NCBI GenBank assembly: GCA_001791795.1
Contig: MGFH01000236.1
Location: 288 to 64,287 of the forward strand
DNA length: 64,000 nucleotides
Direction of reading: 5' to 3'
Source of the DNA: Candidatus Wallbacteria bacterium GWC2_49_35
Lineage (GTDB): Bacteria > Muiribacteriota > UBA9980
Of this stretch, positions 45,358 to 55,345 are shown piece by piece. The number at the start of each line of letters is the position of its first letter. The stretch's first letter is position 1. Below the pieces are notes generated by a model that saw only the letters and a program-made list of their open reading frames with translations, had not been told where the DNA came from and ran no database searches. The position numbers and the translations under genes were made by a program.

Positions 45358-47017
45358 CGAAAACATAACGGAAACAACCGTCGAGCGGTCCGCCGAAAAA
45401 TCAGGCTTCGTAAAAAACGTCGGTTACGTAGGCTTCGCCACTTTCATATCCAGGATCTTCGGCCTTCTGCGCGAGCAGACCTTCGCCGGTCTTTTCGGCG
45501 CCGGCGTTTTCACGGACGCCTTCAACGCGGCCTTCCGCATTCCCAACCTGCTGCGCGACCTTTTCGCCGAAGGGGCGCTGTCTTCGGCGTTCGTACCCAC
45601 TTTTTCCGAATATAAAAGTTTAAAGACCGAAAGCGAGACCAATGCGCTTGCTAACGCAGTCATTTCAGCGCTTATTACCGTTATAGGCATAATATGCGTC
45701 GCCGGCATTTATTTTTCAGAAGATATCGTCCGCTACATGGCGCCGGGGTTCGAAAACACTCCGGGCAAAACCGAGCTTACGATCCTGATGACGAAGATAA
45801 CCTTTCCTTTTTTGATATTAGTCGCCGTGGCGGCGGTTTTTATGGGGATGCTCAACTCGTACGGCCGTTTTTTCATCCCGGCTTTTGCGCCGACGCTTTT
45901 CAATGTAGGCATGATACTTTCGGGCTTCAGCGTCTGCTACGTTTTAAAATATTTGGGATACCAGCCGATCATAGGCATGGCGTGGGGCGTATTGATAGGC
46001 GGCTCGATGCAGATGGCGATACAGTACCTGAGCCTGAAAAAACTAGGCTACCGGTTTAAATTCACTTTCAATTTCAGGAACGAGGGGCTGGCCAGGATCG
46101 TCAAACTTATGATACCGGCCACCATAGGGCTTGCCGCGACCCAGGTGAACGTTTTTATAAACACGTGGCTTGCCTCCAGACTCGCCGACGGCGCTATCTC
46201 TTATCTCAATTATTCGTTCAGGCTGATGCAGCTTCCTATCGGATTATTCGGAGTGGCGATATCGAGCGTCACACTTCCGCTTATTTCGGCGCAGATAGCG
46301 AAGGGCGAAAAGGATAAACTCTCCGAAACTATCACCAGCGCGCTTTCTCTCGTATTCCTGCTCACGATACCTTCGACCTTCGGGCTTATTTTTCTTAAAG
46401 ACCCTATTATTTCGCTCCTTTACGAACATGGCCGCTTCACGCACGCGGATACGATCAATACGGGATACGCCCTGATCGGCTATTCGGTCGGGCTGGTCGG
46501 ATACGCCGCGGTGAAAATACTTGCTCCCGCCTTTTACGCGTTCAACGAAACCAGGATCCCGGTGCTGGCTTCGATAGCGTCGGTCATATGCAATATCTTC
46601 CTCAATTTTATCCTGGTGCAGAAATATTCATATTTCGGCCTGGCGCTCGCCACTTCTATAACCATGATACTGAATTTCATCATACTGTTCGTATTTATCA
46701 AATTGAGGATACGGGCCATAGCGGTCAAAAAGATAGCGTTCGCCTTCGTCAAGATAACAGCGGCGTCGCTTTTGATGGGGGTCGTGCTTTTCTACCTTTA
46801 CGACGGCGTGTTCATTCACATGAGGCCGATTTTCTGGGGATTCGACACGCTCTTCAATCTTTTCTGTCTTTGCGTGCTGATCCCGCTCGGCGTTCTCATG
46901 CTGTTCACGTTCGGCGAACGGCTGAAGGTGGAAGAAGTCAATACTCTGGCGGCCGTGCTGCGCGATAAATCTAAAAAGATAATGAATTCCGCCATAAATT
47001 TAAGCAAAACGGAGTGA
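45344..47017 (+). CDS. murJ: Lipid II flippase MurJ/MviN
   Basis: FISRIFGLLREQTFAGLFGAGVFTDAFNAAFRIPNLLRDLFAEGALSSAFVP; ~14 TM segments. Confidence 0.9.
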   Translation: MTANNENITETTVERSAEKSGFVKNVGYVGFATFISRIFGLLREQTFAGLFGAGVFTDAFNAAFRIPNLLRDLFAEGALSSAFVPTFSEYKSLKTESETNALANAVISALITVIGIICVAGIYFSEDIVRYMAPGFENTPGKTELTILMTKITFPFLILVAVAAVFMGMLNSYGRFFIPAFAPTLFNVGMILSGFSVCYVLKYLGYQPIIGMAWGVLIGGSMQMAIQYLSLKKLGYRFKFTFNFRNEGLARIVKLMIPATIGLAATQVNVFINTWLASRLADGAISYLNYSFRLMQLPIGLFGVAISSVTLPLISAQIAKGEKDKLSETITSALSLVFLLTIPSTFGLIFLKDPIISLLYEHGRFTHADTINTGYALIGYSVGLVGYAAVKILAPAFYAFNETRIPVLASIASVICNIFLNFILVQKYSYFGLALATSITMILNFIILFVFIKLRIRAIAVKKIAFAFVKITAASLLMGVVLFYLYDGVFIHMRPIFWGFDTLFNLFCLCVLIPLGVLMLFTFGERLKVEEVNTLAAVLRDKSKKIMNSAINLSKTE

Positions 47018-47024
47018 ACTTAAG

Positions 47025-48233
47025 ATGAAATCGGTCAGAGAAATATATAAGATCGGCCATGGCCCTTCCAGCAGCCACACTATGGGCCCGCGCAGGGCGG
47101 CATCTATATTTAAAACGCGCTTTCCGGACGCGGCCTCGTATAAAGTAACACTTTATGGCAGTCTCGCGGCGACCGGGCGCGGGCATCTCACCGACGCCGC
47201 CATTATCGACGAATTCGGGCCTGCCGCATGCGAGGTAATCTTCAAAAACGAAGAGCTTCTGCCGCTCCACGCGAACGGAATGCTGTTCGAGGCGAAGGAT
47301 GCCGGCGGTGCGGCCGCGGGAGCGTGGAAGGCATACAGCGTCGGCGGGGGAGATCTGGCCGACGAAGAAGGTACTTTCAGGGAAAGCTCTTCCGTGTACC
47401 CTCTTAGAAGGCTGACCGACATACTCGAATGGGCCGATAAAAACGGCCGTCTTTTAAGCGATTACGTCGAAGAGAACGAGGATGCGGCGCTGTACGAACA
47501 CCTCGGCGCCGCATGGGACGCTATGAAAAGATCTATAGCGCGGGGACTCGAAGCCGAGGGACGGCTCCCGGGAGGCCTGAATCTGGCCAGGAAAGCCTAC
47601 TCGTATTATTTAAAAGCTAATAACAGCGCCGAAATACTCCAGAAAATGAACTTGCTTTTCTCTTACGCGCTGGCCGTGTCAGAGGAGAACGCCTCGGGCG
47701 GGGTGGTCGTAACGGCGCCCACCTGCGGTTCGTCGGGCGTGCTGCCGGCGGTGTTGTATTTATTGAAAAAGGCGTATAATTTCAGCGACGCTAAAATTGT
47801 CAGGGCCATGGCCACCGCGGGGCTTATCGGCAATATCGCCAAGCACAACGCCTCCATCTCCGGCGCCGAGGTCGGCTGCCAGGGCGAGGTCGGCGTAGCG
47901 TGCGCTATGGCGGCGGCCGCGGCTGCGAAGCTGCTTGGCGGCACGATCTATCAGGTCGAATACGCCGCGGAAATGGGGCTCGAGCACCACCTGGGGCTTA
48001 CCTGCGATCCGGTGATGGGGCTGGTGCAGATCCCCTGCATCGAAAGAAATGCCATGGCCGCGGCGCGCGCCTTCGAATGCGCCGCATTCGCCCTTAATTC
48101 CGACGGAAAGCACCGTATCTCCTTCGACGAAGTCGTAGATACGATGGCCGCCACGGGGCGCGATCTCAAGGACGGATACAGGGAAACGGCACGGTGCGGC
48201 CTTGCGCGCGAGTGGGACCTGAAAAAAAAATAA
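47025..48233 (+). CDS. sdaA: L-serine dehydratase (iron-sulfur type, single chain)
   Basis: IGHGPSSSHTMGP...APTCGSSGVLPA...GAEVGCQGEVGVACAMAAA...LGLTCDPV. Confidence 0.85.
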   Translation: MKSVREIYKIGHGPSSSHTMGPRRAASIFKTRFPDAASYKVTLYGSLAATGRGHLTDAAIIDEFGPAACEVIFKNEELLPLHANGMLFEAKDAGGAAAGAWKAYSVGGGDLADEEGTFRESSSVYPLRRLTDILEWADKNGRLLSDYVEENEDAALYEHLGAAWDAMKRSIARGLEAEGRLPGGLNLARKAYSYYLKANNSAEILQKMNLLFSYALAVSEENASGGVVVTAPTCGSSGVLPAVLYLLKKAYNFSDAKIVRAMATAGLIGNIAKHNASISGAEVGCQGEVGVACAMAAAAAAKLLGGTIYQVEYAAEMGLEHHLGLTCDPVMGLVQIPCIERNAMAAARAFECAAFALNSDGKHRISFDEVVDTMAATGRDLKDGYRETARCGLAREWDLKKK

Positions 48234-48249
48234 CGCTTTTTATGTCTTG

Positions 48250-48285
48250 AAACGGGGTCAAATTAATTGACTCCCGTTTTTTTTT
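48250..48285 (+). terminator. Rho-independent terminator after sdaA
   Basis: AAACGGGGTCAAattaaTTGACtCCCGTTTTTTTTT: a 12-bp stem with one bulge, then a U9 run. Confidence 0.7.
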
Positions 48286-48295
48286 CTGCTATAAT
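48267..48295 (+). promoter_or_regulatory. sigma70-like promoter for the kinase gene, -35 embedded in the terminator 3' arm
   Basis: TTGACT (48267-48272), 17-nt spacer, TATAAT (48290-48295). Confidence 0.6.
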
Positions 48296-48348
48296 CAAAT
48301 AAAGGCGGTCAGCGGGGCGCGCGCGATTAAAAAATTCCGGAGACGGCA

Positions 48349-50961
48349 ATGAGTGAATTCTACGATTACCTGGCGAGTTTTTTCGCGGGCGATTATAAAG
48401 AGAAAAATACCGGATATGAGAATTCGGCGGTAAAACCGCCGGAAAATATCAGGTTCGAAGCCAGCGGCTTCAAAAAGGACTTCGAAAATTCCGCCGCCGC
48501 CGGCAACGCGGCGAAAAAGAAAAAAGAAGATCGAAAGAACGCCTGCGTTCCTTATAAAAAAGGAGATCTCATAGGCAACAACTACGAGGTTTACGACGTT
48601 ATCGGCCGCGGAGGTTTCGGCGTCGTCTACAAGGCTTATTCGCGTTCTATGGGCGAAGTTTTTGCGCTAAAAACCTTTCGCGATGAATATTTTAACGACG
48701 CCGACAAGAAAGAGCGCTTTTACCGCGAAGCCCGGGTGTGGATAGACCTCGACCGCCATCCCTATATAGTCAAAGCCGCTCTGGTGGAAGAAATTGACGA
48801 ACGCCTGTATATAGCTATGGAGTATATCGGTCCGGACGAATCCGGCTACAACTCGCTCGACGCCTACATAAAGCACCGCCAGACAGGGCTCACTCAGATC
48901 CTGAAATGGGGCATTCAGTTCTGCTACGCCATGCAGTACGCTTACGGCAAGGGCGTTAAATGCCACCGCGATATAAAGCCGGCCAACATACTTATTTCGG
49001 CGGGCGTTATAAAAATATCCGATTTTGGTCTGGCGGGCGTTTTCGACGGTTCGTCAGCTCCGGAGCCTCGGCCTGAAAAGAAGAAACGCGGCGGCGGGGG
49101 AAACGCCCCAGAAGACGGCGAAAAGAAATCCGCTCGCGATATTTTCATCACGCACGAAGACATGACGGCCGCGTATCAAACACTCACCGGAACGATATTC
49201 GGCACTCCGGCTTATATGTCGCCCGAACAGTTTTTAGACGCGGCCTCGTGCGACGCGCGCAGCGACATTTACAGCTTCGGCATTGTTTTATACCAGATGG
49301 CTACCGGCGGTTCTCTGCCTTTCAAGGCCGATCTGCCGGCGGGAAGGCTCGAAGAGGAAATGATGCGTTATTTTAACGAAATGCAGAGGCTGCACAACGA
49401 ATCGCCCGATCCCGAACTGAATTCGCCGCTGGCCGGCATTATACACCGCTCGCTCGAGAAGAAGCCTCAGAACCGTTATCAGAATTTCGGCGAGCTGAGG
49501 TCCGACCTGGAAGCCCTCCTGCATGCGCGCGGCGAAAAGGTCCTTCCCCCGGTTCCGGGGCGCCTGGAAGTATGGGAGCTCAACAACAAGGGCTTGAGTT
49601 TCGCCAGCCTTCACCGCTACGAAGAAGCCATCGAATACTACGACCGCGCTCTGCGCGCCGATGCCAAATACGTCATTTCATGGTATAACAAAGGGCTGAG
49701 TCTCAAGAAATTAAAGCGGTACGAGGAGGCCGTCGATTGTCTCGACAAGGCCATAGAACTGGATCCCGGTTACGCGGGCGCCTATAACAGCAAAGGCCAC
49801 GCTCTTTATGAGATGGGCTTCGTGAAAGAGGCGGGCGAATTTTATGAAAAGGCTTTGAAAATCAATCCGAATTATATTTTTCCGATACACAACAAGGCGC
49901 TGATACTCGAAAGCGACGGCGATCTGGAAGGCGCCATAGCTCTATACGACAGGATACTTTCGATCGATCCTAAATATTACATCGCGTGCTATAATAAAGC
50001 ATTGCTTTATAAAAGGATGGAAAGGTTCGACGAGGCCATGGCCAACTGCAACAAGGCCATCGAGCTGAACCCGAATTACGCCGACGCCTGGATAACCCGC
50101 GGCACGACGCTCAACGCCATGGGTTTTTACGAGGAGGCCCTTCCGTGTTATGAAGAGGCGCTTTATATAGACCCCGATTCCGCGGTGGCATGGTACGACA
50201 AGGGCGTCAGCCTGCGCAACATGAAACGCTATGAGGACGCTCTTTTTGCTTATTCGCAGACGCTCGCCATCGATCCCGCATACGCCGACGCGTGGTTCAA
50301 CAGCGGGCTGATATATTCGGATATCGACATGGACGCGCGCGCGGTCGAATGCTATGAAAAGGCCATCGAGCTGAATCCGAAAGACGCCGACGCGTTCAAC
50401 AATATAGGATTGATAAACAATAAGAACGGCGATTTCGTAAAAGCCGTCGATTTTTACGACCGCGCGATAATCGCCAATGAAAAATATTACCGCGCCTGGT
50501 ATAATAAAGCCATAGCCTATGAGCGCATGTTCAACGAGGCCGAGGCGCTGAAATGTTATGATATGGCTATCGCCCTGAAGCCCGATTACGATTCGGCGCT
50601 CAACAACAAGGGTCTGATATATTATAACCGCCGGGACTATAAGGCCGCGATAGAGATATTCAACGCCGCGGTGGCGGCGAGTCCGAACTACGCGAAGGCC
50701 TATTACAACAGGGGGCTGGCGCTCGATTCCCTCGAAATGACGGTGGAAGCGCTGAATTCGTTCATCCGTGCGGTCGAATGCGATCCGGCCTACGTTTATG
50801 CCTGGTACGAGCGCGGGGTATGCGAGGACAGGCTTTTAAAGAGCGCCGAAGCCGTGCCGTCATTCGAGAAATTCCTGCTGCTGGCGGCTGAAACGGGCGA
50901 GCCGAAATACGACGAGTGCGCCGCGCACGCCCGCCACAGGCTATCGCAGCTGAAAAAATGA
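48349..50961 (+). CDS. Ser/Thr protein kinase with long C-terminal TPR array
   Basis: GRGGFGVVYKA, ALK, HRDIKPANILI, DFG...GTPAYMSPE, then >10 TPR units (WYNKGLSLKKLKRYEEAVDCLDKAIELDP...). Confidence 0.9.
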   Translation: MSEFYDYLASFFAGDYKEKNTGYENSAVKPPENIRFEASGFKKDFENSAAAGNAAKKKKEDRKNACVPYKKGDLIGNNYEVYDVIGRGGFGVVYKAYSRSMGEVFALKTFRDEYFNDADKKERFYREARVWIDLDRHPYIVKAALVEEIDERLYIAMEYIGPDESGYNSLDAYIKHRQTGLTQILKWGIQFCYAMQYAYGKGVKCHRDIKPANILISAGVIKISDFGLAGVFDGSSAPEPRPEKKKRGGGGNAPEDGEKKSARDIFITHEDMTAAYQTLTGTIFGTPAYMSPEQFLDAASCDARSDIYSFGIVLYQMATGGSLPFKADLPAGRLEEEMMRYFNEMQRLHNESPDPELNSPLAGIIHRSLEKKPQNRYQNFGELRSDLEALLHARGEKVLPPVPGRLEVWELNNKGLSFASLHRYEEAIEYYDRALRADAKYVISWYNKGLSLKKLKRYEEAVDCLDKAIELDPGYAGAYNSKGHALYEMGFVKEAGEFYEKALKINPNYIFPIHNKALILESDGDLEGAIALYDRILSIDPKYYIACYNKALLYKRMERFDEAMANCNKAIELNPNYADAWITRGTTLNAMGFYEEALPCYEEALYIDPDSAVAWYDKGVSLRNMKRYEDALFAYSQTLAIDPAYADAWFNSGLIYSDIDMDARAVECYEKAIELNPKDADAFNNIGLINNKNGDFVKAVDFYDRAIIANEKYYRAWYNKAIAYERMFNEAEALKCYDMAIALKPDYDSALNNKGLIYYNRRDYKAAIEIFNAAVAASPNYAKAYYNRGLALDSLEMTVEALNSFIRAVECDPAYVYAWYERGVCEDRLLKSAEAVPSFEKFLLLAAETGEPKYDECAAHARHRLSQLKK

Positions 50962-51007
50962 CGCGCTTATTAATAGCGTGAAGAAAATTATATCAGAGGC
51001 CCAAAAA

Positions 51008-51137
51008 AAGAGAATAGAGAACAGAGAATAGAGAACAGATGAGGACTTTTTTATTTTTTTATAAGGCGATAAATTATCAGGATTTATTTAATTATCAAAA
51101 ATCCATCACTATCCACTATTCACTGTCCACTATACAC
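51008..51137 (-). repeat. Intergenic repeat element, copy B (inverted relative to copy A)
   Basis: The plus strand has AGAGAAT/AGAGAAC x4 heptamers (51010-51037), GATGAGGACTTTTT, an AT-rich core, and CACTAT-type heptamers x5 (51106-51140). The reverse complement aligns to 30737-30846. Confidence 0.7.
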
Positions 51138-51154
51138 TATAAAAGGGGTGCCAA

Positions 51155-53626
51155 GTGAAGTATTCCGCGGCGCTATCGTACGCATGGAACCTTGCGGCCG
51201 GCGAGGCCGCGCTCCTCAAGAGCGAATTAATAGAATATCACCATCTGCTGCTCGGCATTTTCGGCCTTGAAAAGGCCGTGTCCGAAGAAGAAAAACGCAG
51301 GCTGGGCTATAACGCCTACCGTGCTATAAAGCCCGAATACGACTCCCTGATGAAACTGATTTCGGGGTACGGCGTCAATTATAAAACTCTTCGCCGTTCG
51401 CTGCGATCGAATATCGGCGCCGGCGGGTACGAGCATAAGAATGCCGTTGTTCACAGAAGCGGCGAATGCAAAAAACTTTTTGAAAAGATAGACGCTCTCG
51501 CGGCGTTAAAAAGCTCCGATCCCGACTGTATTCACGTTCTGGCCGTTATTTTCGAAGGCAGGAACGGGGAAGGTCTTGCCGGTTCACCCGTGGCGAAGGC
51601 TTTCGCCGAACTTAAAATAGACATTGCCGATTTCGCGGCCCGCGTCATGAAATTGAACGAGGGCGCTTCCGGAGCGGCGCGCGGAAATATTTCATTTCAC
51701 AGACCCGACAACAGGGCCGATTCGACCGAGCCCGAGAAGGTAAATATGGGCGCGGATAAAATAGACGCCGTTTCGCCCGAAATAAAAAACACCCATTTTC
51801 TTGATAAATACGGGCGCGATCTCACGCGCGACGCTCGCGACGGTAAACTCGGGCCGTTCATCGGCCGGCGGAGCGAGCTTTTGCAGATAATCCAGATCCT
51901 CGCGCGGCGCACCAAAAACAATCCCGTCCTTCTGGGCGAGGCCGGAGTTGGTAAAACCGCCATAGCCGAAGCTCTGGCGGTTCGAATCGTCGAGGGGAAA
52001 GACCCGCAGGTCCTCGGCGGCCGGCGCGTTATAGAGCTCAACGTCGGCTCGCTTATCGCGGGAACCAAATACCGCGGCGAGTTCGAGGAAAAGCTCACCA
52101 TGATACTCAAGGAGGCCGAGGAAAATCCCGCCGTGATACTTTTTATAGACGAGATCCATACCATCGTCGGCGCTGGCCGTGTCGAAGGCGGCGGCACGGA
52201 CGCAGGCAATATACTGAAACCCGCCCTCGCGCGCGGCGCGATCCGCTGCATGGGCTCGACCACGATGGACGAATATCAGCGTTTCATAGAATCAGATCCC
52301 GCCCTGGAGCGCCGTTTTGATAAAGTCATAATCAACGAGCCTTCGCGTGACGAATCGCTCGATATCATAAAAGGGCTCAAGGCAAAATTCGAGTCGCACC
52401 ACGGCGTAGTTATCACAGAAGACGCCCTGACCGCCTCGGTCGATCTTTCCATACGGTTCGCCCCGGAGTATAACCTGCCCGACAAAGCCATCGACCTTCT
52501 GGATCGGGCCTGCGCCATGGCTAATATCCCCGAGCTGAGCGTTATGATAAAGCGCGGCGAATCGGGCGACGGCGGCGGCGGAGACGCAAGCGCCTCTTTT
52601 TACGGCGGGAGCGGCGGCATGGTCGATAAGGCCCATATCGCCGAAGCTCTCCACAAAAAAACAGGTGTGCCTCTCGAGATCATCAAAGGTCATCTGGCCG
52701 GTGATGAAAAATCCCGGATAATAGGTCTGGAGGCTTATGTCAAAGAAAATATATTCGGCCAGGACGAGGCGGTCGCGCGGTTCAATGAGCGGCTCCTTAC
52801 GGCCTACGGCGGATTTGCGAAGAAACGCGGCCCGCTGGCGACGTTTTTGTTTCTCGGGCCGAGCGGCGTCGGAAAAACGGAGCTCGCCAGAGTTGCGACC
52901 AGATATCTTTTCGGCGCCGAAGACGCCGCTATCCGTTTCGACATGTCCGAATTCATGGAGGAACACAGCGTTTCGAAACTTATCGGCGCCCCCCCGGGCT
53001 ACGTCGGGTTCAAGGAAGGCGCCCGGCTTACCGACAACCTTCGGGCGAAGCCGTACTCTGTAGTTCTGCTCGACGAGATCGACAAGGCGCACCCGAAGGT
53101 CATTGACATCTTCCTTCAGGCGTTCGACGAAGGGCGCATCACCGATTCGCGCGGAAAGACGGCCGACGCCCGAAACGCCATTTTCATAATGACCTCGAAT
53201 CTGATGCCCGAAAAACACATGGGATTCGGTCTTTTCGGCGGGTCGAAAAGCGCCGCCGAAAGCGCCGCCGGCGATCTTAAAAAATACTTCCGCGTGGAGT
53301 TCCTCAACCGCATAGACGAAATAATAGTTTTCAAAGACCTGTCAGAGGACGATATCCGTAAAATACTCAAGCCCATCATGGACGAGGTTGCTGGCATGGT
53401 CAGGGAACGCAGCGGAGCCGAACTCGTATTTGAACCGGGCGCGGTGAAAGCGATAATCGAAGCCGGATACAGCCGTCAATACGGAGCGCGTGAACTCAGG
53501 CGCGCGTTCGACCGCGCCGTGCAGGTCCCGCTTTCCAAACTGTCGCTCGGCGGAGAATTCGCTAAACATAAAAAATGGGCGGTCAGGTCCGCCGGGAGCG
53601 AAGGCGTGACTATCGTTTCGGTTTAA
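51155..53626 (+). CDS. AAA+ Clp-family ATPase (ClpA/ClpC-type, two NBDs, no long ClpB M-domain)
   Basis: Clp_N-like N-terminus; NBD1 [14 protein letters not shown] / ILFIDEIH; NBD2 [13 protein letters not shown] / [14 protein letters not shown] start after AAGGGG. Confidence 0.85.
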   Translation: MKYSAALSYAWNLAAGEAALLKSELIEYHHLLLGIFGLEKAVSEEEKRRLGYNAYRAIKPEYDSLMKLISGYGVNYKTLRRSLRSNIGAGGYEHKNAVVHRSGECKKLFEKIDALAALKSSDPDCIHVLAVIFEGRNGEGLAGSPVAKAFAELKIDIADFAARVMKLNEGASGAARGNISFHRPDNRADSTEPEKVNMGADKIDAVSPEIKNTHFLDKYGRDLTRDARDGKLGPFIGRRSELLQIIQILARRTKNNPVLLGEAGVGKTAIAEALAVRIVEGKDPQVLGGRRVIELNVGSLIAGTKYRGEFEEKLTMILKEAEENPAVILFIDEIHTIVGAGRVEGGGTDAGNILKPALARGAIRCMGSTTMDEYQRFIESDPALERRFDKVIINEPSRDESLDIIKGLKAKFESHHGVVITEDALTASVDLSIRFAPEYNLPDKAIDLLDRACAMANIPELSVMIKRGESGDGGGGDASASFYGGSGGMVDKAHIAEALHKKTGVPLEIIKGHLAGDEKSRIIGLEAYVKENIFGQDEAVARFNERLLTAYGGFAKKRGPLATFLFLGPSGVGKTELARVATRYLFGAEDAAIRFDMSEFMEEHSVSKLIGAPPGYVGFKEGARLTDNLRAKPYSVVLLDEIDKAHPKVIDIFLQAFDEGRITDSRGKTADARNAIFIMTSNLMPEKHMGFGLFGGSKSAAESAAGDLKKYFRVEFLNRIDEIIVFKDLSEDDIRKILKPIMDEVAGMVRERSGAELVFEPGAVKAIIEAGYSRQYGARELRRAFDRAVQVPLSKLSLGGEFAKHKKWAVRSAGSEGVTIVSV

Positions 53627-53691
53627 TATTCACAAGGTCCGGTAATAAAACCGCCTTGTCGAAATTTTATATTGAATTTACTAAAATTTAA

Positions 53692-53719
53692 TTGCATTTG
53701 GTGCCCTTATAATTATAAT
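53692..53719 (+). promoter_or_regulatory. sigma70-like promoter upstream of the DASS transporter gene
   Basis: TTGCAT (53692-53697), 16-nt spacer, TATAAT (53714-53719). Confidence 0.45.
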
Positions 53720-53749
53720 ATGAAAAATTTCGATAGTTAAGGTAACGAT

Positions 53750-55318
53750 ATGCCAGATAAAATTAAAACGGCTTCGACGTCGGTCATGAGTGAAGCCGAG
53801 CAGCACGAGCTGGACAACCTGCTCGACCTCGACCGGCACAAACTGTCGGTCATTCCTAAAAAGAAAATAACGAAAAGCGAACGCTGGATGAAATATCTGG
53901 GTTTCCCCCTGGGCATCGCGGCCTTTATTCTTATTTATTTCATGCCGGCGCCGGCCGGGCTGAGTCTTTCCGGCCAGGCCGTCATGGCCAGCTTCGCCAT
54001 GGCGCTCGTCTGGTGGGTGACAGAGCCCGTCGCCACTTTCGTCACTTCACTCGTGCTTATGATATTTCTGGTATTTCTCGACGGCTGGGACCAGAAAAGC
54101 GTCCTGGGCGTGCTCGGACTCGACGTGATATGGCTGAACGTCATGGCGTTCATACTCAGCTCGATCCTGGTCAAAACCAATCTTGCCAAGCGCATAGCGC
54201 TCAAACTCATCGTCAGGTTCGGAAAGAATTCTTCGAGCATTCTGCTCGCTTTTATCCTGCTGCAGCTTTCGCTCGCTCCGCTGATCCCCGCAACCGCCGC
54301 CAGGACCGTTATGACGCTTCCGATCATGATGGTTGTCGCCGCGATCTACGGCGCGACGAGCGATCACGTTTCGAATTTCGGACGCAATCTGTTTTTGCAG
54401 AACCTTCTGGGCATCAATATTTTTTCTTCCGGTTTCATGACCGGAAGCACCGCGAACCTTATCGCCATAATGTTCATAAGCTCCATGGCGGGAGAAAAGG
54501 TCTACTACACCGACTGGCTTTTCGCCTCGCTTCCGGTAATTTTATCGACCATGCTCATCGCGTGGTACATCGGCCCCAGGTTTTTATTTCCTATAAAGCC
54601 CGAAGACCAGAAGCCTAAAATTCATGGCGGAATGGAAACTCTTTCGCGCCAGCTCGAGCGAATGGGGCCGATGAGTTTTTCCGAATATAAGGCCGCGCTG
54701 ATATTCGGCACAGTCGTATTTTTATGGATAACCGACAGGTTCCACCTGTCGTGGTTCGGGTTCGAGGTCGACCCGGTCATGGCCGCCATGGCCGGAGCGG
54801 TTCTGTGCTTCCTTCCTAAAATAGGCATTATCCAATGGAATGAGGCCGATATCCCCTGGCATCTGATGCTGTTTTCCGCCGGAGCATACGCGGGCGGCAT
54901 GGCGCTCGATTCGACGGGCGCAGGACGCTGGGCGATAAGCCAGGTCTTCGGAATGTTCCATATCACACGGGACGTTAATTTCTGGTATATCTATATCGGC
55001 GTCATAGCCGTGATGATCTATTCGCATCTTGTTTTTACGAGCAAGACCATGCGCACCATGATACTGATCCCCTTCATTATTTTAATGGCGAAGCAGCTCG
55101 GCTATAAAGCGACTTCGCTCGCGCTGCCGGCGGCGTTCTGTATCGACTGGGTGGTCGGCCTTCCGATAAGCGCGAAGCCTAACGTTATTTTATTCGGCAC
55201 CGGGCAGTATTCGGTGCTCGATAATATCAAATACGGCTTGACGGTCTGCACGATAGGCGTGATACTTTTCGGGATCGCGGGCCTCACATGGTTCAGGTTC
55301 CTGGGGATCACGCCTTAA
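53750..55318 (+). CDS. DASS/SLC13-type anion (di/tricarboxylate or sulfate) permease
   Basis: 522 aa polytopic protein whose internal repeat architecture and motifs resemble the Na+/anion symporter family. Confidence 0.65.
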   Translation: MPDKIKTASTSVMSEAEQHELDNLLDLDRHKLSVIPKKKITKSERWMKYLGFPLGIAAFILIYFMPAPAGLSLSGQAVMASFAMALVWWVTEPVATFVTSLVLMIFLVFLDGWDQKSVLGVLGLDVIWLNVMAFILSSILVKTNLAKRIALKLIVRFGKNSSSILLAFILLQLSLAPLIPATAARTVMTLPIMMVVAAIYGATSDHVSNFGRNLFLQNLLGINIFSSGFMTGSTANLIAIMFISSMAGEKVYYTDWLFASLPVILSTMLIAWYIGPRFLFPIKPEDQKPKIHGGMETLSRQLERMGPMSFSEYKAALIFGTVVFLWITDRFHLSWFGFEVDPVMAAMAGAVLCFLPKIGIIQWNEADIPWHLMLFSAGAYAGGMALDSTGAGRWAISQVFGMFHITRDVNFWYIYIGVIAVMIYSHLVFTSKTMRTMILIPFIILMAKQLGYKATSLALPAAFCIDWVVGLPISAKPNVILFGTGQYSVLDNIKYGLTVCTIGVILFGIAGLTWFRFLGITP

Positions 55319-55345
55319 TGTTAACTCGAAAGACGCGGGAGCATT

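Noticed and set aside
51039-51158. 39-aa ORF ([39 protein letters not shown]) inside repeat copy B, whose TGA overlaps the clp GTG.
   Set aside because: The equivalent frame in copy A stops after 4 codons (ATG AGG ACT TTT TGA), there is no good RBS, and the periodic sequence is explained by the heptamer DNA repeats.
52292-53218. 308-aa minus-strand ORF.
   Set aside because: It is antisense to NBD2 of the Clp ATPase and is a shadow ORF.
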